Translations under genes and position numbers: made by a program
Shown here: in pieces, positions 27,537-37,852 of the stretch
Position numbering within the stretch: the first letter of the stretch is position 1
Layout: every line of letters begins with the position of its first letter
DNA from: an uncultured Pelagibacteraceae bacterium
GTDB taxonomy: Bacteria > Pseudomonadota > Alphaproteobacteria > Pelagibacterales > Pelagibacteraceae
NCBI GenBank assembly: GCA_902588255.1
Contig: CACIOK010000002.1
Coordinates: forward strand, 6,258 to 70,257
Reading direction: 5' to 3'
Length of the DNA: 64,000 bases
Notes under the pieces: generated by a model
The model's database searches: none
Seen by the model: only the letters and a program-made list of their open reading frames with translations
What the model was told of the DNA's origin: nothing

Positions 27537-28664
27537 ATGAAAACAATCAATTTAGATAGTATTTGGCAAATTTCTAAATTTTTAGAGAACAAAAAATATA
27601 ATTTCGATAAAGAGAATATTTTAAAAATCCTTAACAAAGAAGATATCGATGAGGCTTATAAAATAATTTCTAAATGGGATAATTATTCGCCTACTCCATT
27701 ATTAAACTTAAATAAACTTGCTGAAAAATTAAAGTTTAATAAAATATTTTATAAAGATGAGTCAAAAAGATTTAGTTTGAAATCGTTTAAAGCCTTAGGA
27801 GGAGCTTATGCTGTTGAAAAAATAACAAAAGGAAATAAAGAAATAGTTGTTTCTACTGCTACAGCAGGCAACCATGGAAGATCAGTTGCTTGGGGATCAA
27901 GCAAATTAGGACTAAAATGTAAAATTTTTATTAGTGAATATGTTAGTGAATTTAGAGCAGAAGCAATGAGAAGCTTTGGTGCAGATATCATAAGAGTGAA
28001 TGGAAACTACGATAACTCTTTAAAAGAATGTATTAAGCAATCAAAACAAAATAACTGGCAAATTGTTCAGGATGTTGCGTGGGAAGATTATAAACAAGTA
28101 CCAAAATTAACTATGGCTGGATACTCTGTAATGATGAAAGAAATTTCTCAACAGATAAAAAACGAAAAAATTTCTCACGTGATACTGCAGGCAGGAGTTG
28201 GTGGAATGGCGGCCGCTATGGTAGCTGGTATAGCTAGATACTTAAATGATATTCCTAAAATTATTGTTGTAGAACCAGAAAGTGCAGCATGCGTTTTAGA
28301 AAGTATTAAGGCTGGCAAATTAGAAAAAATTTCTATTAAAAAAGAAAGTTTAATGGGTGGAATGTCTTGTGACGAAGTATCTTTAGTTCCTTGGGAAATT
28401 CTTAAAAATTCTGTAAGCCATTGCGTAACTGTCTCTGATAATTGTATTTCTAAAACTGTAAAATCTTTAGCAAATTGTGAATTTAGTAATGAAAAAATTA
28501 TAGGTGGAGAATGTTCAACTCCTGGAATTATAAGCTTAATTGGTATGAATAATGACCCTGAAATTAAAAAAAAATTAAATCTTAATGAAAATTCAAATAT
28601 ATTATTATTTGGTTGTGAAGGTGATGCAGATGAAGAGCTATACCAAAAATTATTAAACGAATAA
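27537..28664 (+). CDS. dpaL: Diaminopropionate ammonia-lyase (PLP fold II)
   Basis: YSPTPL, KDESKRFSLKSFKALGG (PLP Lys), ATAGNHGRSVAW, VQDVAWEDY, LQAGVGGMA, CEGDAD. Confidence 0.78.
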   Translation: MKTINLDSIWQISKFLENKKYNFDKENILKILNKEDIDEAYKIISKWDNYSPTPLLNLNKLAEKLKFNKIFYKDESKRFSLKSFKALGGAYAVEKITKGNKEIVVSTATAGNHGRSVAWGSSKLGLKCKIFISEYVSEFRAEAMRSFGADIIRVNGNYDNSLKECIKQSKQNNWQIVQDVAWEDYKQVPKLTMAGYSVMMKEISQQIKNEKISHVILQAGVGGMAAAMVAGIARYLNDIPKIIVVEPESAACVLESIKAGKLEKISIKKESLMGGMSCDEVSLVPWEILKNSVSHCVTVSDNCISKTVKSLANCEFSNEKIIGGECSTPGIISLIGMNNDPEIKKKLNLNENSNILLFGCEGDADEELYQKLLNE

Positions 28665-28666
28665 TA

Positions 28667-29128
28667 ATGAAAAAAAAATATAAAAAAAATTCTGAAAATA
28701 TAGATTTTTATAAAATATTTAAACCTGAGCTTACACCTAAAAAAATGTTAGAATTAGGAGTTTTTGGTGGTTCTTACTTTGGTTCTAATACTAAAGAATA
28801 TCCAAAATCTTGGTTTAGTAATGCAAAAATAAGTAAAGAATTTGATGTAAAATTAAATAAATTTAAAGTCAAAGCAGGATTGTCTAGAAAAGAATGGCAG
28901 GACAAAGGCTGGATTTTTAAAGAAGATCCACTTGGTTGGTTTCAGTGGTACTGCAGATATTCAAACGGTAGACGAATAAAAAAAATTGATGAAATTCAAA
29001 TAAAGAGATGGAAAAATTTTACTAGACATGTAAAAGCAATTAAAAAAAATTGTGAAGAAGGTGATTTAAGCTGTAGAAAAAGACAACGTCAAGCTATACT
29101 TCAATGGGCTTATAATCCTTTTATTTAA
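28667..29128 (+). CDS. Conserved-looking hypothetical protein
   Basis: LTPKKMLELGVFGGSYF, DPLGWFQWYCRY..GRR..DE.QIKRW, RQAILQWAY: motif-rich, function unknown. Confidence 0.75.
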   Translation: MKKKYKKNSENIDFYKIFKPELTPKKMLELGVFGGSYFGSNTKEYPKSWFSNAKISKEFDVKLNKFKVKAGLSRKEWQDKGWIFKEDPLGWFQWYCRYSNGRRIKKIDEIQIKRWKNFTRHVKAIKKNCEEGDLSCRKRQRQAILQWAYNPFI

Positions 29129-29166
29129 TTGCTTCTTAAAAACAAAAATAATAAGTGACTATTCAT

Positions 29167-29595
29167 CTACTTCTTGATTTTAAAGTCAATCCCATAATCT
29201 GATCTAGGGCCTTTACGAAGGCCAAAAGGTCCTGAAAAAAACAAAGTTAAAGGTCTTGTTCCAGGTTCTAAATCAACTCTATGTAAATTGTTTGCTGATC
29301 TAAAACCTATATATCCTGGTGCTCTCCAATATTTTCCACTTTTTAAAGTTTCCCAATAACCTCCTCTTAAAATTATAGTCATATATGGAAAAGTATGATT
29401 ATGGACACCCTCTCCATGATCGTCCGAAAGCATTTCATGAATTAAAATATTAAAAGGGAACCACTTAGGCCTGTGTCGAAATAAAATATAATATCTATTC
29501 ATCCAAGGCTTTGCTTGGTGAAAATTAGGATGTGATGGGCCTCGATCTAAAACAATTTTTTTTCTACCTATTTTTTCCAAAAGCTTTAAAAACAT
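29167..29595 (-). CDS. Cupin-fold protein
   Basis: HNH-x-F/P...ILRGGYWE...LHRVDL...TLF: cupin metal-binding His/His/Glu/His pattern. Confidence 0.65.
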   Translation of the reverse strand: MFLKLLEKIGRKKIVLDRGPSHPNFHQAKPWMNRYYILFRHRPKWFPFNILIHEMLSDDHGEGVHNHTFPYMTIILRGGYWETLKSGKYWRAPGYIGFRSANNLHRVDLEPGTRPLTLFFSGPFGLRKGPRSDYGIDFKIKK

Positions 29596-30900
29596 TTAAT
29601 CAAGTTTTATAATAGAGTTTTTTTCAATTATAAATAAATTTTGATTTAACACAAATGGTCTTGATATTTTTTTATTATCGATTTTTAAAATAGAAATAGT
29701 TTTACCAGACAGAATATCAATTATTAGCAATCTACCATTACTAGTTGTTAAATAAATTTTGTCCAAACCAACTATAAATCCTATAGGTTTAATTATTTTT
29801 CTTTTTTTCTTAGAAAATTTTTTAAAAATATCTGTTGATCTAATTACGTTTCCATTTTTTTTATCAACAACAACCAAAAACCCTTCCAAAGATACTGTAA
29901 AAATTAAATCACCTATTAGGGTGGGTCTTAAATTAGAGTTAATTTTTTGTTTCCAATTTAAATTACCTTTGTTCATGTCTAATGAATAAAACTCATTTTT
30001 ATTATTAGAAAATAATATTAAACCATTTGAGGCAATTAGATCAGAAGTTTTAAGTGAAAATGTATCCTCATAAATAGAAGTAGATTGAGTTGGAGTTTGC
30101 CATAGCATTCCTCCATTTTTGATATCTACAGACGTGATGTCGCCCAAAGAATTATTAAAAATAACTTTTTCATTAACAATTAATAAAGATAGTTTTTTTT
30201 GCGATTTTATGAAAGATTTTTCGGTCTTAAATTGCCAGATTTCTTTACCATTTTTTAAAGAATAACATCTTAAAATATTGTCAAAGTCTACTGCAAAGAA
30301 CTTATCTTTGTAAATTTTGACTTGAGAATTAAATGGTGATGGATTTCTATGTTCCCATAATAATTCACCAGAGTTAATATCAATACTATAAAATTTTGCT
30401 AAATTATCAGTAACTATTAATACTTTTTCATTATTCGCAAATGACAGCAATGGTTTTAATTTTTTTTCATACTTTTTATAAAAATTTTTTTTCCAAATTA
30501 ACCTGGATGCATTGTCAAATTTTAGTATTGAACCTTTGTTGTCAAAAAAAATTAGATTGTCATTATCAAATATTATTTCTGGCTCGGTAAAGTCAAACTT
30601 ATCAATTTTTGTGAATTTGAATCTTGAACTCTTTTTTAAACTACCATTATAGTTTGTTCTACCATTATTGTTATCAAAATTATTAATAAAACTATTTTTA
30701 ATTGGTTTAGCTGAAAGTTTTATTTTAAGTTCAGGATTTAATTCTTTTTCAAATATTTTTTCTTTTTTAAATATCTCAGTAATTTTTGAGTCTTGATCTA
30801 CTTGTATTTTTTTTTCTTTTGTCCAAAACTTTGATTTACTATTAAATGAACAATTAGTTGTTAGTAAAAAAACAAATACAATTACAATTATTTTATTCAC
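29596..30900 (-). CDS. bamB: PQQ-like beta-propeller lipoprotein (BamB-like)
   Basis: Lipobox-like LTTNC, repeated GxxxW propeller motifs, directly after a YfgM-like gene. Confidence 0.65.
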   Translation of the reverse strand: MNKIIVIVFVFLLTTNCSFNSKSKFWTKEKKIQVDQDSKITEIFKKEKIFEKELNPELKIKLSAKPIKNSFINNFDNNNGRTNYNGSLKKSSRFKFTKIDKFDFTEPEIIFDNDNLIFFDNKGSILKFDNASRLIWKKNFYKKYEKKLKPLLSFANNEKVLIVTDNLAKFYSIDINSGELLWEHRNPSPFNSQVKIYKDKFFAVDFDNILRCYSLKNGKEIWQFKTEKSFIKSQKKLSLLIVNEKVIFNNSLGDITSVDIKNGGMLWQTPTQSTSIYEDTFSLKTSDLIASNGLILFSNNKNEFYSLDMNKGNLNWKQKINSNLRPTLIGDLIFTVSLEGFLVVVDKKNGNVIRSTDIFKKFSKKKRKIIKPIGFIVGLDKIYLTTSNGRLLIIDILSGKTISILKIDNKKISRPFVLNQNLFIIEKNSIIKLD

Positions 30901-31537
30901 TAAAATCTCTATTTAACCTTTTTTGTGCTTCTTCTTTAATAGATAAGTTGCTTTTTTCATGAATTAAAATTTTTTCAAAAAATTCTTTCGATTTTTGTTT
31001 TTCATTTTTATGGTAAAAATATTCACCCATCAGATATAATGCATGGGATTTCCATATACTTTCTGAGTTAATTATTGGATTTAAGATTTTAATAAGATTG
31101 TTTTCTGTTTCAAATTCTGAATTAAATAAACCTTTTTTATAAATTACTAGATTTTTTATTTCTTTTTCCAAATTTATTTCATTTATTACTAAATCAAAAA
31201 GCTCATTTATTTTGGTATTTTCAGTAATTATTTTATTTTCTAATAAAAAATATAAAGACAATGGTGAATAAGTTTTATCTTTTTTTTTTATTATCTGAAT
31301 TAATTTTTTTTTAATATTTTTTTCATCCCCTGAGTAATAGTCAACCGTTACTTTATTATACATATTGGCTATTTTAATTTTATTTTTTTTTTGGATATCT
31401 CCATAAATAAAATAACCAAAAACTATTAATATTGTAATACCAAAAAATGAAATTATGTGTTTTTTAAATTTAACTATAAAATCTCTAATTTTTTGACTTC
31501 TGTTACTTGTGTTAATTGCTGCTAAATCTTCATCCAT
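30893..31537 (-). CDS. YfgM-like membrane-anchored TPR protein
   Basis: N-terminal TM then a helical TPR region (WKSHALYLMGEYFY); yfgM-bamB synteny. Confidence 0.65.
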   Translation of the reverse strand: MDEDLAAINTSNRSQKIRDFIVKFKKHIISFFGITILIVFGYFIYGDIQKKNKIKIANMYNKVTVDYYSGDEKNIKKKLIQIIKKKDKTYSPLSLYFLLENKIITENTKINELFDLVINEINLEKEIKNLVIYKKGLFNSEFETENNLIKILNPIINSESIWKSHALYLMGEYFYHKNEKQKSKEFFEKILIHEKSNLSIKEEAQKRLNRDFSE

Positions 31538-31539
31538 AA

Positions 31540-34209
31540 TTAAATCATATTCCTTAAAACATATTGAAGTATTCCTCCATTTTTATAATACTCCAATTCA
31601 TTTTTTGTATCAATTCTGCATAATGTTTTAATTTTTTTAATATCTCCAGTATTATATTTTATTTGTAACTCAACTTTCTCGGATGGGTTAATCCCTTTTT
31701 CTAAATTTATAACACTTATTAATTCAGAACCTTTTAAACTTAAATTTTTTCTATTTATATTTTCAATAAATTGTAAAGGTAATATGCCCATTCCTATTAA
31801 GTTTGATCTATGTATTCTCTCAAAACTTTCCGCTATAACAGCTTTGACGCCTAATAACTTTGTACCTTTTGCTGCCCAATCTCTTGAAGAGCCTGTTCCA
31901 TATTCTTTACCGCCAATAACTACTAAATCTGTTCCTCTTTTTTTATATTCTACGACAGCATCGTAGATTGGCATAACTTTTCCTTCGGGGTATAATTTTG
32001 TAAACCCCCCTTCGGTTCCTGGTGCAATTTCATTTCTAATTCTAATATTTGCAAATGTTCCTCGCATCATAACTTCATGGTTACCTCTTCTTGATCCATA
32101 AGAATTATAATCTTTTGGTAAAATCTGATGTTCCATAAAATATTCACCTGTTGGGCTTTCTTTTTGAATTGAGCCAGCTGGCGATATGTGGTCTGTTGTG
32201 ACCATGTCTCCTAAGATTAATAATGGTCTTGCATCTTTTATTTTTTTAAACCCTTCTGGCTTATCTGGTAAATTTTCAAAAAAAGGTGGTTTTTTTACAT
32301 ATGTTGATCCTTGGTCCCAGTTGTAAATACTACTTTTTTCAGTTTTAATTTTTTGCCATTGAATTGGTCCTTCAGACACATTTGAATATCTTTTTACAAA
32401 CATTTCAGGATTTAATGCTTGCCTTAAAGTCTCTTCTATCTCTTTATTTGATGGCCATATATCTTTTAAATATACATCTTTTCCATTTTTATCTTTTCCT
32501 AGAGGATCTTTATATAAATCTAATTCCATATGACCAGCTAAGGCATAAGCAACAACAAGTGGTGGAGAAGCTAGATAGTTTGCTTTAATATTTGGAGATA
32601 TACGACCCTCAAAATTTCTATTTCCAGATAAAACTGAGACTGCATATATATTTTTTTTTTCTATTGCTTCAATAATATTTTCAGGTAATGGACCAGAATT
32701 TCCTATACAAGTTGTACATCCATATCCTACTAAATTAAAACCTAAATTATCCAAATATTTATTTAGTCCAGCTTTTTCTAAGTAATCAGTTACAACTTTT
32801 GATCCCGGAGCCAATGAAGTCTTTACCCAGGGTTTTGTTTTTAATCCTAATTCAACTGCTTTTTTTGCTAATAATCCTGCTCCAATTAAAACATTTGGGT
32901 TCGATGTATTTGTACAAGATGTTATAGCGGCAATTAATATAGAACCGTCTTTAATTTCAAAATCAGTACCACTAACCTTTGAAGTATATTTTTCTTTTCT
33001 TTCTGTATTGCTTTCAAATACTTTTTTAAATCCTGCGGATGCTTCGTTTAACAATACTTTGTCTTGAGGTCTTTTTGGTCCAGAAATAGTCGGAACAATA
33101 GAAGACATATCTAGTGAAACTGTATCTGTAAATTCAATTTGATCACTAGCCCAAAAACCTTGTTCTTTTGCATATTTTTCTACGGTAATAACGGTGTGTT
33201 CGTCTCTTCCTGAAAATCTTAAATATTTTAAAGTTTCATCATCTATTGGAAAAAAACCACACGTAGCACCATATTCAGGCGCCATATTGGCAATAGTCGC
33301 CCTATCAGCAAGTGTAAGATTTTTTAATCCATCTCCATAAAATTCGACGAATTTTCCAACAACACCTTTGTCTCTTAAAATTTTAACAACAGTTAAAACT
33401 AAATCTGTTGCAGTAGTTCCCTCGGGCATTTTGTTTTTTAACTCAAAACCTATCACCTCAGGGATCAGCATAGAGATTGGTTGTCCTAACATTCCTGCTT
33501 CTGCTTCTATCCCCCCAACTCCCCAGCCAAGAACTGATAATCCATTAACCATAGTCGTGTGACTATCGGTTCCAACTAAAGTATCTGGAAATAAATACTC
33601 ATCATCTTGATATTTTTCTGTCCATACTACTTTTGATAAATATTCCAAATTAACTTGATGACAAATACCGGTTCCTGGGGGAACAATTCGAAAATTATTA
33701 AAAGCTTGTTGGCCCCATTTTAAAAAAGAATATCTTTCACCATTTCTTTTAAATTCTATGTCTACATTTTTTTCAAATGAATCTGATTTTGCTGACTGAT
33801 CAACCTGAACGGAATGGTCTATAACTAAATCGACAGAAGATAAAGGGTTAATAGAATTTGGATCTTTATTTTTTTCTTTTACAGCTTCACGCATGGCTGC
33901 TAGATCTGCTACAGCAGGTATGCCAGTATAATCTTGTAATAAAACTCTTGCCGGTCTATATGCAATTTCTGTAGAAGATTTTTTTTCCTTGATCCAATTT
34001 TTAATTGCCTCTATTTGAGCTTTTGTTACTGATAAATCATCCTCATATCTAAGTAAATTTTCTAAAAGAACTTTTAAGGATTTTGGCAATTTTGAAATAT
34101 TTGGAAGTCCATTTTTTTCTGCTTCTACTAAAGAATAATACTTATAATCTTTTCCATTTATATTTATAGATTTTAATGATTTATAAGAATTTTTATTTCC
34201 AGGTTTCAT
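31540..34209 (-). CDS. acnA: Aconitate hydratase A
   Basis: RVLLQDYTG, GTDSHTTM, AAITSCTNTSNP, GYGCTTCIGNSG, TTDHISPAG, GSSRDWAAKG. Confidence 0.97.
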   Translation of the reverse strand: MKPGNKNSYKSLKSININGKDYKYYSLVEAEKNGLPNISKLPKSLKVLLENLLRYEDDLSVTKAQIEAIKNWIKEKKSSTEIAYRPARVLLQDYTGIPAVADLAAMREAVKEKNKDPNSINPLSSVDLVIDHSVQVDQSAKSDSFEKNVDIEFKRNGERYSFLKWGQQAFNNFRIVPPGTGICHQVNLEYLSKVVWTEKYQDDEYLFPDTLVGTDSHTTMVNGLSVLGWGVGGIEAEAGMLGQPISMLIPEVIGFELKNKMPEGTTATDLVLTVVKILRDKGVVGKFVEFYGDGLKNLTLADRATIANMAPEYGATCGFFPIDDETLKYLRFSGRDEHTVITVEKYAKEQGFWASDQIEFTDTVSLDMSSIVPTISGPKRPQDKVLLNEASAGFKKVFESNTERKEKYTSKVSGTDFEIKDGSILIAAITSCTNTSNPNVLIGAGLLAKKAVELGLKTKPWVKTSLAPGSKVVTDYLEKAGLNKYLDNLGFNLVGYGCTTCIGNSGPLPENIIEAIEKKNIYAVSVLSGNRNFEGRISPNIKANYLASPPLVVAYALAGHMELDLYKDPLGKDKNGKDVYLKDIWPSNKEIEETLRQALNPEMFVKRYSNVSEGPIQWQKIKTEKSSIYNWDQGSTYVKKPPFFENLPDKPEGFKKIKDARPLLILGDMVTTDHISPAGSIQKESPTGEYFMEHQILPKDYNSYGSRRGNHEVMMRGTFANIRIRNEIAPGTEGGFTKLYPEGKVMPIYDAVVEYKKRGTDLVVIGGKEYGTGSSRDWAAKGTKLLGVKAVIAESFERIHRSNLIGMGILPLQFIENINRKNLSLKGSELISVINLEKGINPSEKVELQIKYNTGDIKKIKTLCRIDTKNELEYYKNGGILQYVLRNMI

Positions 34210-34253
34210 AATTTTACATCTTATAGATTATTTCGTCTAAATTATGAATCAAA

Positions 34254-34844
34254 TTATAGATAAAATGTTGCAATACAAGACAATAAGAGACATGACATAA
34301 CATAATTAAATACCTTGATAAATTTCTCATTTGTCGCAAATCTTCTAAAAAATTTACCAACAAAAGTCCAAAAAGTGATACTTATTAAAGCACACAAAAA
34401 AGAAACAAGAATAACCCAAAATGAATAATTTATAAAATTACTTCCACTTTCCACATAAGTAGAAACAATAATAATTGCAACAATCACTCCTTTGGGATTT
34501 AGGAACTGAAAAAAAAATGTTTCTATAAATTTGACAGGATTTTCTTTTTTATTTTCTTTTATATTTTTTGAAAATGCTATTTTATAAGCTAAATAAACTA
34601 AAAAAATAGATCCTGAAATTTTTAATATTTCTTGAATTAATGGATAAAGTTTAAAAATATTAATTAATCCAAAATTTAATACACATACGACTGAAGTAAA
34701 TCCAAAAATCACCCCCATCATGTGAGGGAAAGTTTTTATTACTCCAAAATTAAAACCTGAATAAGATGCAACTATATTATTAGGACCTGGCGAACAGCTT
34801 GTGCCTAACATGAATAATGATAGTGACAAAAGCTCAGGGTGCAT
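34254..34844 (-). CDS. LysE-family translocator
   Basis: SPGPNNI, YLAYKIA, FQFLNPKG; hydrophobic helices throughout. Confidence 0.88.
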   Translation of the reverse strand: MHPELLSLSLFMLGTSCSPGPNNIVASYSGFNFGVIKTFPHMMGVIFGFTSVVCVLNFGLINIFKLYPLIQEILKISGSIFLVYLAYKIAFSKNIKENKKENPVKFIETFFFQFLNPKGVIVAIIIVSTYVESGSNFINYSFWVILVSFLCALISITFWTFVGKFFRRFATNEKFIKVFNYVMSCLLLSCIATFYL

Positions 34845-34848
34845 AGAA

Positions 34849-35190
34849 TTAAGCTATTGGCAAACCATTTTCAGCTTTTTGGGATGGATGAACAAGAGTT
34901 ACTCTGCCTTCATTATCTATAGATCCCAAAATTAAAACTTGTGACTTTACGCCAGCAATATTTTTTTCTGGAAAATTGCAAACACCAATCACTTGTTTTC
35001 CTAATAAGTTTTCTTCATTATAATAGTGCGTTATTTGTGCAGATGATTGCTTTATTCCAATTTCTTTTCCAAAGTCTACTTCAACTACTAATGAAGGTTT
35101 CCTTGCTTTTTCATTTTTTTTTACCGATTTTACTGTGCCGAGTCTTATATCGATTTTATCGAATACATCGTAGGTTATTTGTTCTTTCAT
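34849..35190 (-). CDS. csaA: CsaA / tRNA-binding OB-fold protein
   Basis: FDKIDIRLGTV, ARKPS, SSAQIT, NFPEKNIAGVKSQVLILG. Confidence 0.88.
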   Translation of the reverse strand: MKEQITYDVFDKIDIRLGTVKSVKKNEKARKPSLVVEVDFGKEIGIKQSSAQITHYYNEENLLGKQVIGVCNFPEKNIAGVKSQVLILGSIDNEGRVTLVHPSQKAENGLPIA

Positions 35191-35217
35191 AAATTTAATA
35201 TATAATTGATATTATAA

Positions 35218-36402
35218 ATGAGTACAGAAAATAATTTAAAGTCGTTGTATGAAAATTCAATTAAAATACTATCAGAATTAATAGCCTTTAAAACAATTTC
35301 TGGTGAGGACAATAGTTCGTTAATTGATTACTGCGATAAAATATTAAAAAATTTAGGAGCAACCTCTTTTAAAACATATGATCAAGAAAAAAAAAGAGTT
35401 AATTTATTTGCTACAATTAAAGCAAAAAAACCTAATGGTAAAAGTCCCATAATTCTTTCAGGTCATACTGATGTTGTGCCAGTTTCGAAAAGTTGGTCTA
35501 CAGATCCGTTTAAGGCAACTATTAAAGAAGATAAACTTTATGGAAGAGGCTCTTGTGATATGAAAGGTTTTATAGCTTGCACTCTTGCATATGCACCTAT
35601 TTATTCAAAATCTAATTTAAACAGAGATATACATTTTTCATTTACTTTTGACGAAGAAACTGCATGTCAAGGAGCTCCAATTTTAATAGAGGAGTTAAAA
35701 AAAAGAGGAATTAAAAATGGTATTTGCATTGTTGGTGAACCTACTAATATGAAAATAATTGATGGTCATAAAGGCTGTTATGAATACACAACTCACTTTG
35801 AGGGATTGGCAGGTCATGGCTCTGCGCCAGATAAAGGAGTAAATGCTGTTGAGTACGCTGCAAAGTTCATTAATAAATTATTAAAAATCAGAGAAATTTT
35901 AAAAGAAAAAACTCCAAAAAATTCTGTTTTTAACCCTCCGTATACAACACTACAAATTGGTGGAATTTCTGGAGGTATAGCTAGAAATGTAATTGCAGAT
36001 AAGTGTAAAGTTGATTGGGAACTTAGACCAGTTGTAAAAGAAGATGGGACCTTTGTAAATTCAGAAATAGATAAGTTTGTTAATGAAGAATTGCTTCCAG
36101 AGATGAAAAAAACTTATCCAAAATCTAATATTAGAAAAGAAATTATTGGAGAAATAATAGGTTTTGATAGAGAAGAAAAATCAGAAGCTTGTGAATTAAT
36201 TTCAAATATAACAGGTGATAATTCTCGTGAGGTTGTTTCATTCGGAACTGAGGCTGGTTTATTTCAAGAAATCGGCATAAGTACAGTTGTATGTGGTCCT
36301 GGATCAATTGAGCAGGCTCATAAAGTTGATGAGTTTATAAAACTCGATGAACTAAAAAAATGTTTAAATCTTCTTGATGGAATAAAAAGACAGTCTACTT
36401 AG
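35218..36402 (+). CDS. argE: Acetylornithine deacetylase (M20 family)
   Basis: LSGHTDVVP, GRGSCDMKGF, DEE, GEPT, FGTEAG, GPGSIEQAHKVDE. Confidence 0.88.
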   Translation: MSTENNLKSLYENSIKILSELIAFKTISGEDNSSLIDYCDKILKNLGATSFKTYDQEKKRVNLFATIKAKKPNGKSPIILSGHTDVVPVSKSWSTDPFKATIKEDKLYGRGSCDMKGFIACTLAYAPIYSKSNLNRDIHFSFTFDEETACQGAPILIEELKKRGIKNGICIVGEPTNMKIIDGHKGCYEYTTHFEGLAGHGSAPDKGVNAVEYAAKFINKLLKIREILKEKTPKNSVFNPPYTTLQIGGISGGIARNVIADKCKVDWELRPVVKEDGTFVNSEIDKFVNEELLPEMKKTYPKSNIRKEIIGEIIGFDREEKSEACELISNITGDNSREVVSFGTEAGLFQEIGISTVVCGPGSIEQAHKVDEFIKLDELKKCLNLLDGIKRQST

Positions 36403-36404
36403 TG

Positions 36405-37838
36405 TTAGTTCCAGCCACCAACAGTTTTTACTTCTAAAAATTCTATCAGGCCTTCAGTTCCAGCTTCTCGTCCGATGCCAGAGTGTTTGTATCCACCAAA
36501 AGGTGAAGCTACCGCTATACCAACTCCGTTAACATCTACCATGCCAGATCTTAGTTTTCTTGCAACTCTTTTTACTTTTTCTTTATCTTGAGTTTGAATA
36601 TAATTTGTTAAGCCATATGGTGTATCATTAGCTATTGAAATAGCTTCATCTTCATTTTCAAAAGGAATTATTGATAATACAGGACCAAAAATTTCAGTTC
36701 TTGCGATCTCCATTTGATTATTAACATCAGCAAAAACTGTCGGTTTTACATAGTATCCCTTTTCAAAACCTTTTGGCTTTCCAGTCCCCCCTGCAATTAA
36801 TTTTGCACCTTCATCAATCCCTTTTTGAATTAAAGTTTGAATTTTATTAAATTGAACTTCAGAAACTACTGGTCCAATATGATCACCATCTTTTTCTGGA
36901 GAATCTACTTTAGTATTATTTGCTAGTTCTTTTACTTTTTCAACAGTTTCACTATAAATTGATTTTTCAACAAGCATTCTTGTAGGGGCATTACATGACT
37001 GTCCTGAGTTTCTGAAACACCTTAAAACACCTCTTGCCACAGCTTCTGAGTCAGCATCTTTAAAGATTATATTTGCACCTTTTCCACCTAATTCTAAACT
37101 TATTCTTTTAAAGTCTTTGGCAGCATTTTGAGAAATTAAGACTCCAGCTCTTGTTGATCCTGTAAAAGAAATCATACTTATATCTGGATGACTCGTTAAA
37201 GCATCCCCAGTAACGGCACCGTCTCCATTCACTAAATTAAAAACTCCAGGAGGAAATTTAACTTCATCTATCATTTCTGCAAGTAACATTGATGATAAAG
37301 GTGCTACTTCAGATGGTTTTAATACCACTGTGCATGCGGACGCTAGTGCTGGAATTACTTTTAAATTAACTTGATTTATTGGCCAATTCCAAGGTGTGAT
37401 CAAGGCACATACCCCTTTTGGTTCATATAATAATTTTTGATTATTCTTTTCTTCACCTAAATCTTTTTCAAATTTAAAATCTTTCAAAATATTTTTAAAA
37501 GATTTAATATGACTTGCTCCTGTGGCAGCTTGCATTTCAGTAGAAAATTTCATAGGTGCTCCCATTTCAAGTGAAATAAGTTTTGCCATTTCGGCCCATC
37601 TTTTTTTATAAACTACATATAATTTTTCTAATAAATCTAATCTTTCTTCTTTTTTTGAAAAAGCCCAACTTTCAAAAGCTTTTTTAGCTGCTTTTACTGC
37701 GTTATCTATATCTTCTTTTCCTCCAATGGATATTTCTGCACAAGGGTTTTCATTTGAAGGATCAATAACTTTATGTATCTTTGTTTCGATTGGAGAAACC
37801 CATTTTCCATTAATATAAAAATTTTTTTTATCAAGCAT
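36405..37838 (-). CDS. NAD-dependent aldehyde dehydrogenase
   Basis: ITPWNWP, KPSE, FTGST, LELGGK, catalytic NSGQSCNA, EIFGPV, PFGGYKHSGIGRE. Confidence 0.92.
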   Translation of the reverse strand: MLDKKNFYINGKWVSPIETKIHKVIDPSNENPCAEISIGGKEDIDNAVKAAKKAFESWAFSKKEERLDLLEKLYVVYKKRWAEMAKLISLEMGAPMKFSTEMQAATGASHIKSFKNILKDFKFEKDLGEEKNNQKLLYEPKGVCALITPWNWPINQVNLKVIPALASACTVVLKPSEVAPLSSMLLAEMIDEVKFPPGVFNLVNGDGAVTGDALTSHPDISMISFTGSTRAGVLISQNAAKDFKRISLELGGKGANIIFKDADSEAVARGVLRCFRNSGQSCNAPTRMLVEKSIYSETVEKVKELANNTKVDSPEKDGDHIGPVVSEVQFNKIQTLIQKGIDEGAKLIAGGTGKPKGFEKGYYVKPTVFADVNNQMEIARTEIFGPVLSIIPFENEDEAISIANDTPYGLTNYIQTQDKEKVKRVARKLRSGMVDVNGVGIAVASPFGGYKHSGIGREAGTEGLIEFLEVKTVGGWN

Positions 37839-37852
37839 GTCAGGAACTTAAA

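Noticed and set aside
29596-31537. Long A/T homopolymer runs as phase-variation tracts
   Set aside because: They reflect Lys/Phe codons in an AT-rich genome; reading frames are intact.
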